NCBI GenBank assembly: GCA_964057225.1
Contig: OZ059900.1
Location: forward strand, 19,220,001-19,284,000
Length of the DNA stretch: 64,000 bases
DNA from: Auanema rhodensis
Taxonomy: Eukaryota; Animalia; Nematoda
Direction: 5' to 3'
Of the stretch, positions 27,442 to 43,728 are shown piece by piece. The translations under genes and the position numbers were made by a program. Within the stretch, counting starts at the first letter, position 1. Each line of letters begins with the position of its first letter. The notes below the pieces were generated by a model. The model was not told the DNA's origin and ran no database searches. It saw only the letters and a list, made by a program, of their open reading frames with translations.

Positions 27442-30400
27442 CAGCGTGTTACATACTAAAATGAAGCATTTTACATGCTGAACACTAGAAGAATACAAAA
27501 ACACAGTATTTCCCATAAGAAATATTTTATTATGCTGGAAAACCAGTTTTTGGAAATTTCGCTGTAAACAAGGTTTTGACTTACGATTTCATGTGTTCAA
27601 ACTCATGCAATGTCAATGAAACCTAGCTCAAAATTGTTTGTACAACGTCTAGTTCCACTTTCACGACAAAAAAACAAGGGTTAGAAAATTAAGGAAATTA
27701 GCATATTCTGAGGGCACGCCCCTTATGGCTAATATTGATTAAATCGATTTTTGTTCATATGAGTCGTCAAATGCAACGAATTTCAGCGTGTTACATACTA
27801 AAATGAAGCATTTTACATGCTGAACACTAGAAAAATACAAAAACACAGTATTTCCCATGAGAAATATTTTATTATGCTGGAAAACCAGTTTTTGGAAATT
27901 TCGCTGTAAACAAGGTTTTGACTTACGATTTCATGTGTTCAAACTCATGCAATGTCAATGAAACCTAGCTCAAAATTGTTCGTACAACGTCTAGTTCCAC
28001 TTTCACGACAAAAAAACAAGGGTTAGAAAATTAAGGAAATTAGCATATTCTGAGGGCACGCCCCTTATGGCTAATATTGATTAAATCGATTTTTGTTCAT
28101 ATGAGTCGTCAAATGCAACGAATTTCAGCGTGTTACATACTAAAATGAAGCATTTTACATGCTGAACACTAGAAAAATACAAAAACACAGTATTTCCCAT
28201 GAGAAATATTTTATTATGCTGGAAAACCAGTTTTTGGAAATTTCGCTGTAAACAAGGTTTTGACTTACGATTTCATGTGTTCAAACTCATGCAATGTCAA
28301 TGAAACCTAGCTCAAAATTGTTTGTACAACGTCTAGTTCCACTTTCACGACAAAAAAACAAGGGTTAGAAAATTAAGGAAATTAGCATATTCTGAGGGCA
28401 CGCCCCTTATGGCTAATATTGATTAAATCGATTTTTGTTCATATGAGTCGTCAAATGCAACGAATTTCAGCGTGTTACATACTAAAATGAAGCATTTTAC
28501 ATGCTGAACACTAGAAAAATACAAAAACACAGTATTTCCCATGAGAAATATTTTATCATGCTGGAAAACCAGTTTTTGGAAATTTCGCTGTAAACAAGGT
28601 TTTGACTTACGATTTCATGTGTTCAAACTCATGCAATGTCAATGAAACCTAGCTCAAAATTGTTTGTACAACGTCTAGTTCCACTTTCACGACAAAAAAA
28701 CAGGGGTTAGAAAATTAAGGAAATTAGCATATTCTGAGGGCACGCCCCTTATGGCTAATATTGATTAAATCGATTTTTGTTCATATGAGTCGTCAAATGC
28801 AACGAATTTCAGCGTGTTACATACTAAAATGAAGCATTTTACATGCTGAACACTAGAAAAATACAAAAACACAGTATTTCCCATGAGAAATATTTTATCA
28901 TGCTGGAAAACCAGTTTTTGGAAATTTCGCTGTAAACAAGGTTTTGACTTACGATTTCATGTGTTCAAACTCATGCAATGTCAATGTAACCTAGCTCAAA
29001 ATTGTTCGTACAACGTCTAGTTCCACTTTCACGACAAAAAAACAGGGGTTAGAAAATTAAGGAAATTAGCATATTCTGAGGGCACGCCCCTTATGGCTAA
29101 TATTGATTAAATCGATTTTTGTTCATATGAGTCGTCAAATGCAACGAATTTCAGCGTGTTACAAACTAAAATGAAGCATTTTACATGCTGAACACTAGAA
29201 AAATACAAAAACACAGTATTTCCCATGAGAAATATTTTATCATGCTGGAAAACCAGTTTTTGGAAATTTCGCTGTAAACAAGGTTTTGACTTACGATTTC
29301 ATGTGTTCAAACTCATGCAATGTCAATGAAACCTAGCTCAAAATTGTTTGTACAACGTCTAGTTCCACTTTCACGACAAAAAAACAGGGGTTAGAAAATT
29401 AAGGAAATTAGCATATTCTGAGGGCACGCCCCTTATGGCTAATATTGATTAAATCGATTTTTGTTCATATGAGTCGTCAAATGCAACGAATTTCAGCGTG
29501 TTACATACTAAAATGAAGCATTTTACATGCTGAACACTAGAAAAATACAAAAACACAGTATTTCCCATGAGAAATATTTTATTATGCTGGAAAACCAGTT
29601 TTTGGAAATTTCGCTGTAAACAAGGTTTTGACTTACGATTTCATGTGTTCAAACTCATGCAATGTCAATGAAACCTAGCTCAAAATTGTTTGTACAACGT
29701 CTAGTTCCACTTTCACGACAAAAAAACAGGGGTTAGAAAATTAAGGAAATTAGCATATTCTGAGGGCACGCCCCTTATGGCTAATATTGATTAAATCGAT
29801 TTTTGTTCATATGAGTCGTCAAATGCAACGAATTTCAGCGTGTTACATACTAAAATGAAGCATTTTACATGCTGAACACTAGAAAAATACAAAAACACAG
29901 TATTTCCCATGAGAAATATTTTATTATGCTGGAAAACCAGTTTTTGGAAATTTCGCTGTAAACAAGGTTTTGACTTACGATTTCATGTGTTCAAACTCAT
30001 GCAATGTCAATGAAACCTAGCTCAAAATTGTTCGTACAACGTCTAGTTCCACTTTCACGACAAAAAAACAGGGGTTAGAAAATTAAGGAAATTAGCATAT
30101 TCTGAGGGCACGCCCCTTATGGCTAATATTGATTAAATCGATTTTTGTTCATATGAGTCGTCAAATGCAACGAATTTCAGCGTGTTACATACTAAAATGA
30201 AGCATTTTACATGCTGAACACTAGAAAAATACAAAAACACAGTATTTCCCATGAGAAATATTTTATTATGCTGGAAAACCAGTTTTTGGAAATTTCGCTG
30301 TAAACAAGGTTTTGACTTACGATTTCATGTGTTCAAACTCATGCAATGTCAATGAAACCTAGCTCAAAATTGTTCGTACAACGTCTAGTTCCACTTTCAC

Positions 30401-33400
30401 GACAAAAAAACAGGGGTTAGAAAATTAAGGAAATTAGCATATTCTGAGGGCACGCCCCTTATGGCTAATATTGATTAAATCGATTTTTGTTCATATGAGT
30501 CGTCAAATGCAACGAATTTCAGCGTGTTACACACTAAAATGAAGCATTTTACATGCTGAACACTAGAAGAATACAAAAACACAGTATTTCCCATGAGAAA
30601 TATTTTATTATGCTGGAAAACCAGTTTTTGGAAATTTCGCTGTAAACAAGGTTTTGACTTACGATTTCATGTGTTCAAACTCATGCAATGTCAATGAAAC
30701 CTAGCTCAAAATTGTTCGTACAACGTCTAGTTCCACTTTCACGACAAAAAAACAGGGGTTAGAAAATTAAGGAAATTAGCATATTCTGAGGGCACGCCCC
30801 TTATGGCTAATATTGATTAAATCGATTTTTGTTCATATGAGTCGTCAAATGCAACGAATTTCAGCGTGTTACATACTAAAATGAAGCATTTTACATGCTG
30901 AACACTAGAAAAATACAAAAACACAGTATTTCCCATGAGAAATATTTTATCATGCTGGAAAACCAGTTTTTGGAAATTTCGCTGTAAACAAGGTTTTGAC
31001 TTACGATTTCATGTGTTCAAACTCATGCAATGTCAATGAAACCTAGCTCAAAATTGTTTGTACAACGTCTAGTTCCACTTTCACGACAAAAAAACAAGGG
31101 TTAGAAAATTAAGGAAATTAGCATATTCTGAGGGCACGCCCCTTATGGCTAATATTGATTAAATCGATTTTTGTTCATATGAGTCGTCAAATGCAACGAA
31201 TTTCAGCGTGTTACATACTAAAATGAAGCATTTTACATGCTGAACACTAGAAAAATACAAAAACACAGTATTTCCCATGAGAAATATTTTATTATGCTGG
31301 AAAACCAGTTTTTGGAAATTTCGCTGTAAACAAGGTTTTGACTTACGATTTCATGTGTTCAAACTCATGCAATGTCAATGAAACCTAGCTCAAAATTGTT
31401 CGTACAACGTCTAGTTCCACTTTCACGACAAAAAAACAGGGGTTAGAAAATTAAGGAAATTAGCATATTCTGAGGGCACGCCCCTTATGGCTAATATTGA
31501 TTAAATCGATTTTTGTTCATATGAGTCGTCAAATGCAACGAATTTCAGCGTGTTACACACTAAAATGAAGCATTTTACATGCTGAACACTAGAAGAATAC
31601 AAAAACACAGTATTTCCCATGAGAAATATTTTATTATGCTGGAAAACCAGTTTTTGGAAATTTCGCTGTAAACAAGGTTTTGACTTACGATTTCATGTGT
31701 TCAAACTCATGCAATGTCAATGAAACCTAGCTCAAAATTGTTCGTACAACGTCTAGTTCCACTTTCACGACAAAAAAACAGGGGTTAGAAAATTAAGGAA
31801 ATTAGCATATTCTGAGGGCACGCCCCTTATGGCTAATATTGATTAAATCGATTTTTGTTCATATGAGTCGTCAAATGCAACGAATTTCAGCGTGTTACAT
31901 ACTAAAATGAAGCATTTTACATGCTGAACACTAGAAAAATACAAAAACACAGTATTTCCCATGAGAAATATTTTATCATGCTGGAAAACCAGTTTTTGGA
32001 AATTTCGCTGTAAACAAGGTTTTGACTTACGATTTCATGTGTTCAAACTCATGCAATGTCAATGAAACCTAGCTCAAAATTGTTTGTACAACGTCTAGTT
32101 CCACTTTCACGACAAAAAAACAAGGGTTAGAAAATTAAGGAAATTAGCATATTCTGAGGGCACGCCCCTTATGGCTAATATTGATTAAATCGATTTTTGT
32201 TCATATGAGTCGTCAAATGCAACGAATTTCAGCGTGTTACATACTAAAATGAAGCATTTTACATGCTGAACACTAGAAAAATACAAAAACACAGTATTTC
32301 CCATGAGAAATATTTTATTATGCTGGAAAACCAGTTTTTGGAAATTTCGCTGTAAACAAGGTTTTGACTTACGATTTCATGTGTTCAAACTCATGCAATG
32401 TCAATGAAACCTAGCTCAAAATTGTTTGTACAACGTCTAGTTCCACTTTCACGACAAAAAAACAAGGGTTAGAAAATTAAGGAAATTAGCATATTCTGAG
32501 GGCACGCCCCTTATGGCTAATATTGATTAAATCGATTTTTGTTCATATGAGTCGTCAAATGCAACGAATTTCAGCGTGTTACATACTAAAATGAAGCATT
32601 TTACATGCTGAACACTAGAAAAATACAAAAACACAGTATTTCCCATGAGAAATATTTTATTATGCTGGAAAACCAGTTTTTGGAAATTTCGCTGTAAACA
32701 AGGTTTTGACTTACGATTTCATGTGTTCAAACTCATGCAATGTCAATGAAACCTAGCTCAAAATTGTTCGTACAACGTCTAGTTCCACTTTCACGACAAA
32801 AAAACAGGGGTTAGAAAATTAAGGAAATTAGCATATTCTGAGGGCACGCCCCTTATGGCTAATATTGATTAAATCGATTTTTGTTCATATGAGTCGTCAA
32901 ATGCAACGAATTTCAGCGTGTTACATACTAAAATGAAGCATTTTACATGCTGAACACTAGAAAAATACAAAAACACAGTATTTCCCATGAGAAATATTTT
33001 ATCATGCTGGAAAACCAGTTTTTGGAAATTTCGCTGTAAACAAGGTTTTGACTTACGATTTCATGTGTTCAAACTCATGCAATGTCAATGAAACCTAGCT
33101 CAAAATTGTTTGTACAACGTCTAGTTCCACTTTCACGACAAAAAAACAAGGGTTAGAAAATTAAGGAAATTAGCATATTCTGAGGGCACGCCCCTTATGG
33201 CTAATATTGATTAAATCGATTTTTGTTCATATGAGTCGTCAAATGCAACGAATTTCAGCGTGTTACATACTAAAATGAAGCATTTTACATGCTGAACACT
33301 AGAAAAATACAAAAACACAGTATTTCCCATGAGAAATATTTTATTATGGTGGAAAACCAGTTTTTGGAAATTTCGCTGTAAACAAGGTTTTGACTTACGA

Positions 33401-36400
33401 TTTCATGTGTTCAAACTCATGCAATGTCAATGTAACCTAGCTCAAAATTGTTCGTACAACGTCTAGTTCCACTTTCACGACAAAAAAACAGGGGTTAGAA
33501 AATTAAGGAAATTAGCATATTCTGAGGGCACGCCCCTTATGGCTAATATTGATTAAATCGATTTTTGTTCATATGAGTCGTCAAATGCAACGAATTTCAG
33601 CGTGTTACAAACTAAAATGAAGCATTTTACATGCTGAACACTAGAAAAATACAAAAACACAGTATTTCCCATGAGAAATATTTTATTATGCTGGAAAACC
33701 AGTTTTTGGAAATTTCGCTGTAAACAAGGTTTTAACTTACGATTTCATGTGTTCAAACTCATGCAATGTCAATGAAACCTAGCTCAAAATTGTTCGTACA
33801 ACGTCTAGTTCCACTTTCACGACAAAAAAACAGGGGTTAGAAAATTAAGGAAATTAGCATATTCTGAGGGCACGCCCCTTATGGCTAATATTGATTAAAT
33901 CGATTTTTGTTCATATGAGTCGTCAAATGCAACGAATTTCAGCGTGTTACACACTAAAATGAAGCATTTTACATGCTGAACACTAGAAGAATACAAAAAC
34001 ACAGTATTTCCCATGAGAAATATTTTATTATGCTAGAAAACCAGTTTTTCGAAATTTCCCTGTAAACAAGGTTTTGACTTACGATTTCATGTGTTCAAAC
34101 TCATGCAATGTCAATGAAACCTAGCTCAAAATTGTTTGTACAACGTCTAGTTCCACTTTCACGACAAAAAAACAAGGGTTAGAAAATTAAGGAAATTAGC
34201 ATATTCTGAGGGCACGCCCCTTATGGCTAATATTGATTAAATCGATTTTTGTTCATATGAGTCGTCAAATGCAACGAATTTCAGCGTGTTACATACTAAA
34301 ATGAAGCATTTTACATGCTGAACACTAGAAAAATGCAAAAACACAGTATTTCCCATGAGAAATATTTTATTATGCTGGAAAACCAGTTTTTGGAAATTTC
34401 GCTGTAAACAAGGTTTTGACTTACGATTTCATGTGTTCAAACTCATGCAATGTCAATGTAACCTAGCTCAAAATTGTTCGTACAACGTCTAGTTCCACTT
34501 TCACGACAAAAAAACAGGGGTTAGAAAATTAAGGAAATTAGCATATTCTGAGGGCACGCCCCTTATGGCTAATATTGATTAAATCGATTTTTGTTCATAT
34601 GAGTCGTCAAATGCAACGAATTTCAGCGTGTTACAAACTAAAATGAAGCATTTTACATGCTGAACACTGGAAAAATACAAAAACACAGTATTTCCCATGA
34701 GAAATATTTTATTATGCTGGAAAACCAGTTTTTGGAAATTTCGCTGTAAACAAGGTTTTGACTTACGATTTCATGTGTTCAAACTCATGCAATGTCAATG
34801 AAACCTAGCTCAAAATTGTTCGTACAACGTCTAGTTCCACTTTCACGACAAAAAAACAGGGGTTAGAAAATTAAGGAAATTAGCATATTCTGAGGGCACG
34901 CCCCTTATGGCTAATATTGATTAAATCGATTTTTGTTCATATGAGTCGTCAAATGCAACGAATTTCAGCGTGTTACATACTAAAATGAAGCATTTTACAT
35001 GCTGAACACTAGAAAAATACAAAAACACAGTATTTCCCATGAGAAATATTTTATCATGCTGGAAAACCAGTTTTTGGAAATTTCGCTGTAAACAAGGTTT
35101 TGACTTACGATTTCATGTGTTCAAACTCATGCAATGTCAATGAAACCTAGCTCAAAATTGTTCGTACAACGTCTAGTTCCACTTTCACGACAAAAAAACA
35201 GGGGTTAGAAAATTAAGGAAATTAGCATATTCTGAGGGCACGCCCCTTATGGCTAATATTGATTAAATCGATTTTTGTTCATATGAGTCGTCAAATGCAA
35301 CGAATTTCAGCGTGTTACATACTAAAATGAAGCATTTTACATGCTGAACACTAGAAAAATACAAAAACACAGTATTTCCCATGAGAAATATTTTATTATG
35401 CTGGAAAACCAGTTTTTGGAAATTTCGCTGTAAACAAGGTTTTGACTTACGATTTCATGTGTTCAAACTCATGCAATGTCAATGAAACCTAGCTCAAAAT
35501 TGTTCGTACAACGTCTAGTTCCACTTTCACGACAAAAAAACAGGGGTTAGAAAATTAAGGAAATTAGCATATTCTGAGGGCACGCCCCTTATGGCTAATA
35601 TTGATTAAATCGATTTTTGTTCATATGAGTCGTCAAATGCAACGAATTTCAGCGTGTTACATACTAAAATGAAGCATTTTACATGCTGAACACTAGAAAA
35701 ATACAAAAACACAGTATTTCCCATGAGAAATATTTTATCATGCTGGAAAACCAGTTTTTGGAAATTTCGCTGTAAACAAGGTTTTGACTTACGATTTCAT
35801 GTGTTCAAACTCATGCAATGTCAATGAAACCTAGCTCAAAATTGTTCGTACAACGTCTAGTTCCACTTTCACGACAAAAAAACAGGGGTTAAAAAATTAA
35901 GGAAATTAGCATATTCTGAGGGCACGCCCCTTATGGCTAATATTGATTAAATCGATTTTTGTTCATATGAGTCGTCAAATGCAACGAATTTCAGCGTGTT
36001 ACATACTAAAATGAAGCATTTTACATGCTGAACACTAGAAAAATACAAAAACACAGTATTTCCCATGAGAAATATTTTATCATGCTGGAAAACCAGTTTT
36101 TGGAAATTTCGCTGTAAACAAGGTTTTGACTTACGATTTCATGTGTTCAAACTCATGCAATGTCAATGAAACCTAGCTCAAAATTGTTTGTACAACGTCT
36201 AGTTCCACTTTCACGACAAAAAAACAAGGGTTAGAAAATTAAGGAAATTAGCATATTCTGAGGGCACGCCCCTTATGGCTAATATTGATTAAATCGATTT
36301 TTGTTCATATGAGTCGTCAAATGCAACGAATTTCAGCGTGTTACATACTAAAATGAAGCATTTTACATGCTGAACACTAGAAAAATACAAAAACACAGTA

Positions 36401-38598
36401 TTTCCCATGAGAAATATTTTATTATGCTGGAAAACCAGTTTTTGGAAATTTCGCTGTAAACAAGGTTTTGACTTACGATTTCATGTGTTCAAACTCATGC
36501 AATGTCAATGTAACCTAGCTCAAAATTGTTCGTACAACGTCTAGTTCCACTTTCACGACAAAAAAACAGGGGTTAGAAAATTAAGGAAATTAGCATATTC
36601 TGAGGGCACGCCCCTTATGGCTAATATTGATTAAATCGATTTTTGTTCATATGAGTCGTCAAATGCAACGAATTTCAGCGTGTTACAAACTAAAATGAAG
36701 CATTTTACATGCTGAACACTAGAAAAATACAAAAACACAGTATTTCCCATGAGAAATATTTTATTATGCTGGAAAACCAGTTTTTGGAAATTTCGCTGTA
36801 AACAAGGTTTTGACTTACGATTTCATGTGTTCAAACTCATGCAATGTCAATGAAACCTAGCTCAAAATTGTTCGTACAACGTCTAGTTCCACTTTCACGA
36901 CAAAAAAACAGGGGTTAGAAAATTAAGGAAATTAGCATATTCTGAGGGCACGCCCCTTATGGCTAATATTGATTAAATCGATTTTTGTTCATATGAGTCG
37001 TCAAATGCAACGAATTTCAGCGTGTTACATACTAAAATGAAGCATTTTACATGCTGAACACTAGAAAAATACAAAAACACAGTATTTCCCATGAGAAATA
37101 TTTTATTATGCTGGAAAACCAGTTTTTGGAAATTTCGCTGTAAACAAGGTTTTGACTTACGATTTCATGTGTTCAAACTCATGCAATGTCAATGAAACCT
37201 AGCTCAAAATTGTTCGTACAACGTCTAGTTCCACTTTCACGACAAAAAAACAGGGGTTAGAAAATTAAGGAAATTAGCATATTCTGAGGGCACGCCCCTT
37301 ATGGCTAATATTGATTAAATCGATTTTTGTTCATATGAGTCGTCAAATGCAACGAATTTCAGCGTGTTACATACTAAAATGAAGCATTTTACATGCTGAA
37401 CACTAGAAAAATACAAAAACAACGTATTTCCCATGAGAAATATTTTATCATGCTGGAAAACCAGTTTTTGGAAATTTCGCTGTAAACAAGGTTTTGACTT
37501 ACGATTTCATGTGTTCAAACTCATGCAATGTCAATGAAACCTAGCTCAAAATTGTTCGTACAACGTCTAGTTCCACTTTCACGACAAAAAAACAGGGGTT
37601 AGAAAATTAAGGAAATTAGCATATTCTGAGGGCACGCCCCTTATGGCTAATATTGATTAAATCGATTTTTGTTCATATGAGTCGTCAAATGCAACGAATT
37701 TCAGCGTGTTACATACTAAAATGAAGCATTTTACATGCTGAACACTAGAAAAATACAAAAACACAGTATTTCCCATGAGAAATATTTTATCATGCTGGAA
37801 AACCAGTTTTTGGAAATTTCGCTGTAAACAAGGTTTTGACTTACGATTTCATGTGTTCAAACTCATGCAATGTCAATGAAACCTAGCTCAAAATTGTTCG
37901 TACAACGTCTAGTTCCACTTTCACGACAAAAAAACAGGGGTTAAAAAATTAAGGAAATTAGCATATTCTGAGGGCACGCCCCTTATGGCTAATATTGATT
38001 AAATCGATTTTTGTTCATATGAGTCGTCAAATGCAACGAATTTCAGCGTGTTACATACTAAAATGAAGCATTTTACATGCTGAACACTAGAAAAATACAA
38101 AAACACAGTATTTCCCATGAGAAATATTTTATTAAGCTGGAAAACCAGTTTTTGGAAATTTCGCTGTAAACAAGGTTTTGACTTACGATTTCATGTGTTC
38201 AAACTCATGCAATGTCAATGTAACCTAGCTCAAAATTGTTCGTACAACGTCTAGTTCCACTTTCACGACAAAAAAACAGGGGTTAGAAAATTAAGGAAAT
38301 TAGCATATTCTGAGGGCACGCCCCTTATGGCTAATATTGATTAAATCGATTTTTGTTCATATGAGTCGTCAAATGCAACGAATTTCAGCGTGTTACAAAC
38401 TAAAATGAAGCATTTTACATGCTGAACACTAGAAAAATACAAAAACACAGTATTTCCCATGAGAAATATTTTATTATGCTGGAAAACCAGTTTTTGGAAA
38501 TTTCGCTGTAAACAAGGTTTTGACTTACGATTTCATGTGTTCAAACTCATGCAATGTCAATGAAACCTAGCTCAAAATTGTTCGTACAACGTCTAGTT

Positions 38599-41500
38599 CC
38601 ACTTTCACGTCAAAAAAACAGGGGTTAGAAAATTAAGGAAATTAGCATATTCTGAGGGCACGCCCCTTATGGCTAATATTGATTAAATCGATTTTTGTTC
38701 ATATGAGTCGTCAAATGCAACGAATTTCAGCGTGTTACATACTAAAATGAAGCATTTTACATGCTGAACACTAGAAAATTACAAAAACACAGTATTTCTC
38801 ATGAGAAATATTTTATTAAGCTGGAAAACCAGTTTTTGGAAATTTCGCTGTAAACAAGGTTTTGACTTACGATTTCATGTGTTCAAACTCATGCAATGTC
38901 AATGTAACCTAGCTCAAAATTGTTCGTACAACGTCTAGTTCCACTTTCACGACAAAAAAACAGGGGTTAGAAAATTAAGGAAATTAGCATATTCTGAGGG
39001 CACGCCCCTTATGGCTAATATTGATTAAATCGATTTTTGTTCATATGAGTCGTCAAATGCAACGAATTTCAGCGTGTTACAAACTAAAATGAAGCATTTT
39101 ACATGCTGAACACTAGAAAAATACAAAAACACAGTATTTCCCATGAGAAATATTTTATTATGCTGGAAAACCAGTTTTTGGAAATTTCGCTGTAAACAAG
39201 GTTTTGACTTACGATTTCATGTGTTCAAACTCATGCAATGTCAATGAAACCTAGCTCAAAATTGTTCGTACAACGTCTAGTTCCACTTTCACGACAAAAA
39301 AACAGGGGTTAGAAAATTAAGGAAATTAGCATATTCTGAGGGCACGCCCCTTATGGCTAATATTGATTAAATCGATTTTTGTTCATATGAGTCGTCAAAT
39401 GCAACGAATTTCAGCGTGTTACATACTAAAATGAAGCATTTTACATGCTGAACACTAGAAAAATACAAAAACACAGTATTTCCCATGAGAAATATTTTAT
39501 TATGCTGGAAAACCAGTTTTTGGAAATTTCGCTGTAAACAAGGTTTTGACTTACGATTTCATGTGTTCAAACTCATGCAATGTCAATGAAACCTAGCTCA
39601 AAATTGTTCGTACAACGTCTAGTTCCACTTTCACGACAAAAAAACAGGGGTTAGAAAATTAAGGAAATTAGCATATTCTGAGGGCACGCCCCTTATGGCT
39701 AATATTGATTAAATCGATTTTTGTTCATATGAGTCGTCAAATGCAACGAATTTCAGCGTGTTACATACTAAAATGAAGCATTTTACATGCTGAACACTAG
39801 AAAAATACAAAAACACAGTATTTCCCATGAGAAATATTTTATCATGCTGGAAAACCAGTTTTTGGAAATTTCGCTGTAAACAAGGTTTTGACTTACGATT
39901 TCATGTGTTCAAACTCATGCAATGTCAATGAAACCTAGCTCAAAATTGTTCGTACAACGTCTAGTTCCACTTTCACGACAAAAAAACAGGGGTTAGAAAA
40001 TTAAGGAAATTAGCATATTCTGAGGGCACGCCCCTTATGGCTAATATTGATTAAATCGATTTTTGTTCATATGAGTCGTCAAATGCAACGAATTTCAGCG
40101 TGTTACATACTAAAATGAAGCATTTTACATGCTGAACACTAGAAAAATACAAAAACACAGTATTTCTCATGAGAAATATTTTATCATGCTGGAAAACCAG
40201 GTTTTGGAAATTTCGCTGTAAACAAGGTTTTGACTTACGATTTCATGTGTTCAAACTCATGCAATGTCAATGAAACCTAGCTCAAAATTGTTTGTACAAC
40301 GTCTAGTTCCACTTTCACGACAAAAAAACAAGGGTTAGAAAATTAAGGAAATTAGCATATTCTGAGGGCACGCCCCTTATGGCTAATATTGATTAAATCG
40401 ATTTTTGTTCATATGAGTCGTCAAATGCAACGAATTTCAGCGTGTTACATACTAAAATGAAGCATTTTACATGCTGAACACTAGAAAAATACAAAAACAC
40501 AGTATTTCCCATGAGAAATATTTTATTATGCTGGAAAACCAGTTTTTGGAAATTTCGCTGTAAACAAGGTTTTGACTTACGATTTCATGTGTTCAAACTC
40601 ATGCAATGTCAATGTAACCTAGCTCAAAATTGTTCGTACAACGTCTAGTTCCACTTTCACGACAAAAAAACAGGGGTTAGAAAATTAAGGAAATTAGCAT
40701 ATTCTGAGGGCACGCCCCTTATGGCTAATATTGATTAAATCGATTTTTGTTCATATGAGTCGTCAAATGCAACGAATTTCAGCGTGTTACAAACTAAAAT
40801 GAAGCATTTTACATGCTGAACACTAGAAAAATACAAAAACACAGTATTTCCCATGAGAAATATTTTATTATGCTGGAAAACCAGTTTTTGGAAATTTCGC
40901 TGTAAACAAGGTTTTGACTTACGATTTCATGTGTTCAAACTCATGCAATGTCAATGAAACCTAGCTCAAAATTGTTCGTACAACGTCTAGTTCCACTTTC
41001 ACGACAAAAAAACAGGGGTTAGAAAATTAAGGAAATTAGCATATTCTGAGGGCACGCCCCTTATGGCTAATATTGATTAAATCGATTTTTGTTCATATGA
41101 GTCGTCAAATGCAACGAATTTCAGCGTGTTACATACTAAAATGAAGCATTTTACATGCTGAACACTAGAAAATTACAAAAACACAGTATTTCTCATGAGA
41201 AATATTTTATTAAGCTGGAAAACCAGTTTTTGGAAATTTCGCTGTAAACAAGGTTTTGACTTACGATTTCATGTGTTCAAACTCATGCAATGTCAATGTA
41301 ACCTAGCTCAAAATTGTTCGTACAACGTCTAGTTCCACTTTCACGACAAAAAAACAGGGGTTAGAAAATTAAGGAAATTAGCATATTCTGAGGGCACGCC
41401 CCTTATGGCTAATATTGATTAAATCGATTTTTGTTCATATGAGTCGTCAAATGCAACGAATTTCAGCGTGTTACAAACTAAAATGAAGCATTTTACATGC

Positions 41501-43728
41501 TGAACACTAGAAAAATACAAAAACACAGTATTTCCCATGAGAAATATTTTATTATGCTGGAAAACCAGTTTTTGGAAATTTCGCTGTAAACAAGGTTTTG
41601 ACTTACGATTTCATGTGTTCAAACTCATGCAATGTCAATGAAACCTAGCTCAAAATTGTTCGTACAACGTCTAGTTCCACTTTCACGACAAAAAAACAGG
41701 GGTTAGAAAATTAAGGAAATTAGCATATTCTGAGGGCACGCCCCTTATGGCTAATATTGATTAAATCGATTTTTGTTCATATGAGTCGTCAAATGCAACG
41801 AATTTCAGCGTGTTACATACTAAAATGAAGCATTTTACATGCTGAACACTAAAAAAATACAAAAACACAGTATTTCCCATGAGAAATATTTTATTATGCT
41901 GGAAAACCAGTTTTTGGAAATTTCGCTGTAAACAAGGTTTTGACTTACGATTTCATGTGTTCAAACTCATGCAATGTCAATGAAACCTAGCTCAAAATTG
42001 TTCGTACAACGTCTAGTTCCACTTTCACGACAAAAAAACAGGGGTTAGAAAATTAAGGAAATTAGCATATTCTGAGGGCACGCCCCTTATGGCTAATATT
42101 GATTAAATCGATTTTTGTTCATATGAGTCGTCAAATGCAACGAATTTCAGCGTGTTACATACTAAAATGAAGCATTTTACATGCTGAACACTAGAAAAAT
42201 ACAAAAACACAGTATTTCCCATGAGAAATATTTTATCATGCTGGAAAACCAGTTTTTGGAAATTTCGCTGTAAACAAGGTTTTGACTTACGATTTCATGT
42301 GTTCAAACTCATGCAATGTCAATGAAACCTAGCTCAAAATTGTTCGTACAACGTCTAGTTCCACTTTCACGACAAAAAAACAGGGGTTAAAAAATTAAGG
42401 AAATTAGCATATTCTGAGGGCACGCCCCTTATGGCTAATATTGATTAAATCGATTTTTGTTCATATGAGTCGTCAAATGCAACGAATTTCAGCGTGTTAC
42501 ATACTAAAATGAAGCATTTTACATGCTGAACACTAGAAAAATACAAAAACACAGTATTTCCCATGAGAAATATTTTATCATGCTGGAAAACCAGTTTTTG
42601 GAAATTTCGCTGTAAACAAGGTTTTGACTTACGATTTCATGTGTTCAAACTCATGCAATGTCAATGAAACCTAGCTCAAAATTGTTTGTACAACGTCTAG
42701 TTCCACTTTCACGACAAAAAAACAAGGGTTAGAAAATTAAGGAAATTAGCATATTCTGAGGGCACGCCCCTTATGGCTAATATTGATTAAATCGATTTTT
42801 GTTCATATGAGTCGTCAAATGCAACGAATTTCAGCGTGTTACATACTAAAATGAAGCATTTTACATGCTGAACACTAGAAAAATACAAAAACACAGTATT
42901 TCCCATGAGAAATATTTTATTATGCTGGAAAACCAGTTTTTGGAAATTTCGCTGTAAACAAGGTTTTGACTTACGATTTCATGTGTTCAAACTCATGCAA
43001 TGTCAATGTAACCTAGCTCAAAATTGTTCGTACAACGTCTAGTTCCACTTTCACGACAAAAAAACAGGGGTTAGAAAATTAAGGAAATTAGCATATTCTG
43101 AGGGCACGCCCCTTATGGCTAATATTGATTAAATCGATTTTTGTTCATATGAGTCGTCAAATGCAACGAATTTCAGCGTGTTACAAACTAAAATGAAGCA
43201 TTTTACATGCTGAACACTAGAAAAATACAAAAACACAGTATTTCCCATGAGAAATATTTTATTATGCTGGAAAACCAGTTTTTGGAAATTTCGCTGTAAA
43301 CAAGGTTTTGACTTACGATTTCATGTGTTCAAACTCATGCAATGTCAATGAAACCTAGCTCAAAATTGTTCGTACAACGTCTAGTTCCACTTTCACGACA
43401 AAAAAACAGGGGTTAGAAAATTAAGGAAATTAGCATATTCTGAGGGCACGCCCCTTATGGCTAATATTGATTAAATCGATTTTTGTTCATATGAGTCGTC
43501 AAATGCAACGAATTTCAGCGTGTTACATACTAAAATGAAGCATTTTACATGCTGAACACTAGAAAATTACAAAAACACAGTATTTCTCATGAGAAATATT
43601 TTATTAAGCTGGAAAACCAGTTTTTGGAAATTTCGCTGTAAACAAGGTTTTGACTTACGATTTCATGTGTTCAAACTCATGCAATGTCAATGAAACCTAG
43701 CTCAAAATTGTTCGTACAACGTCTAGTT
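38599..43728 (+). repeat. Local 7-monomer HOR (2,394 bp), two copies plus the first monomer of a third
   Basis: A marker monomer with AAAATTAC + TTTCTCAT + TTAAGCT starts at 38599, 40993 and 43387. AATGTAACC/TACAAACT pairs recur at the same spacing. Confidence 0.8.
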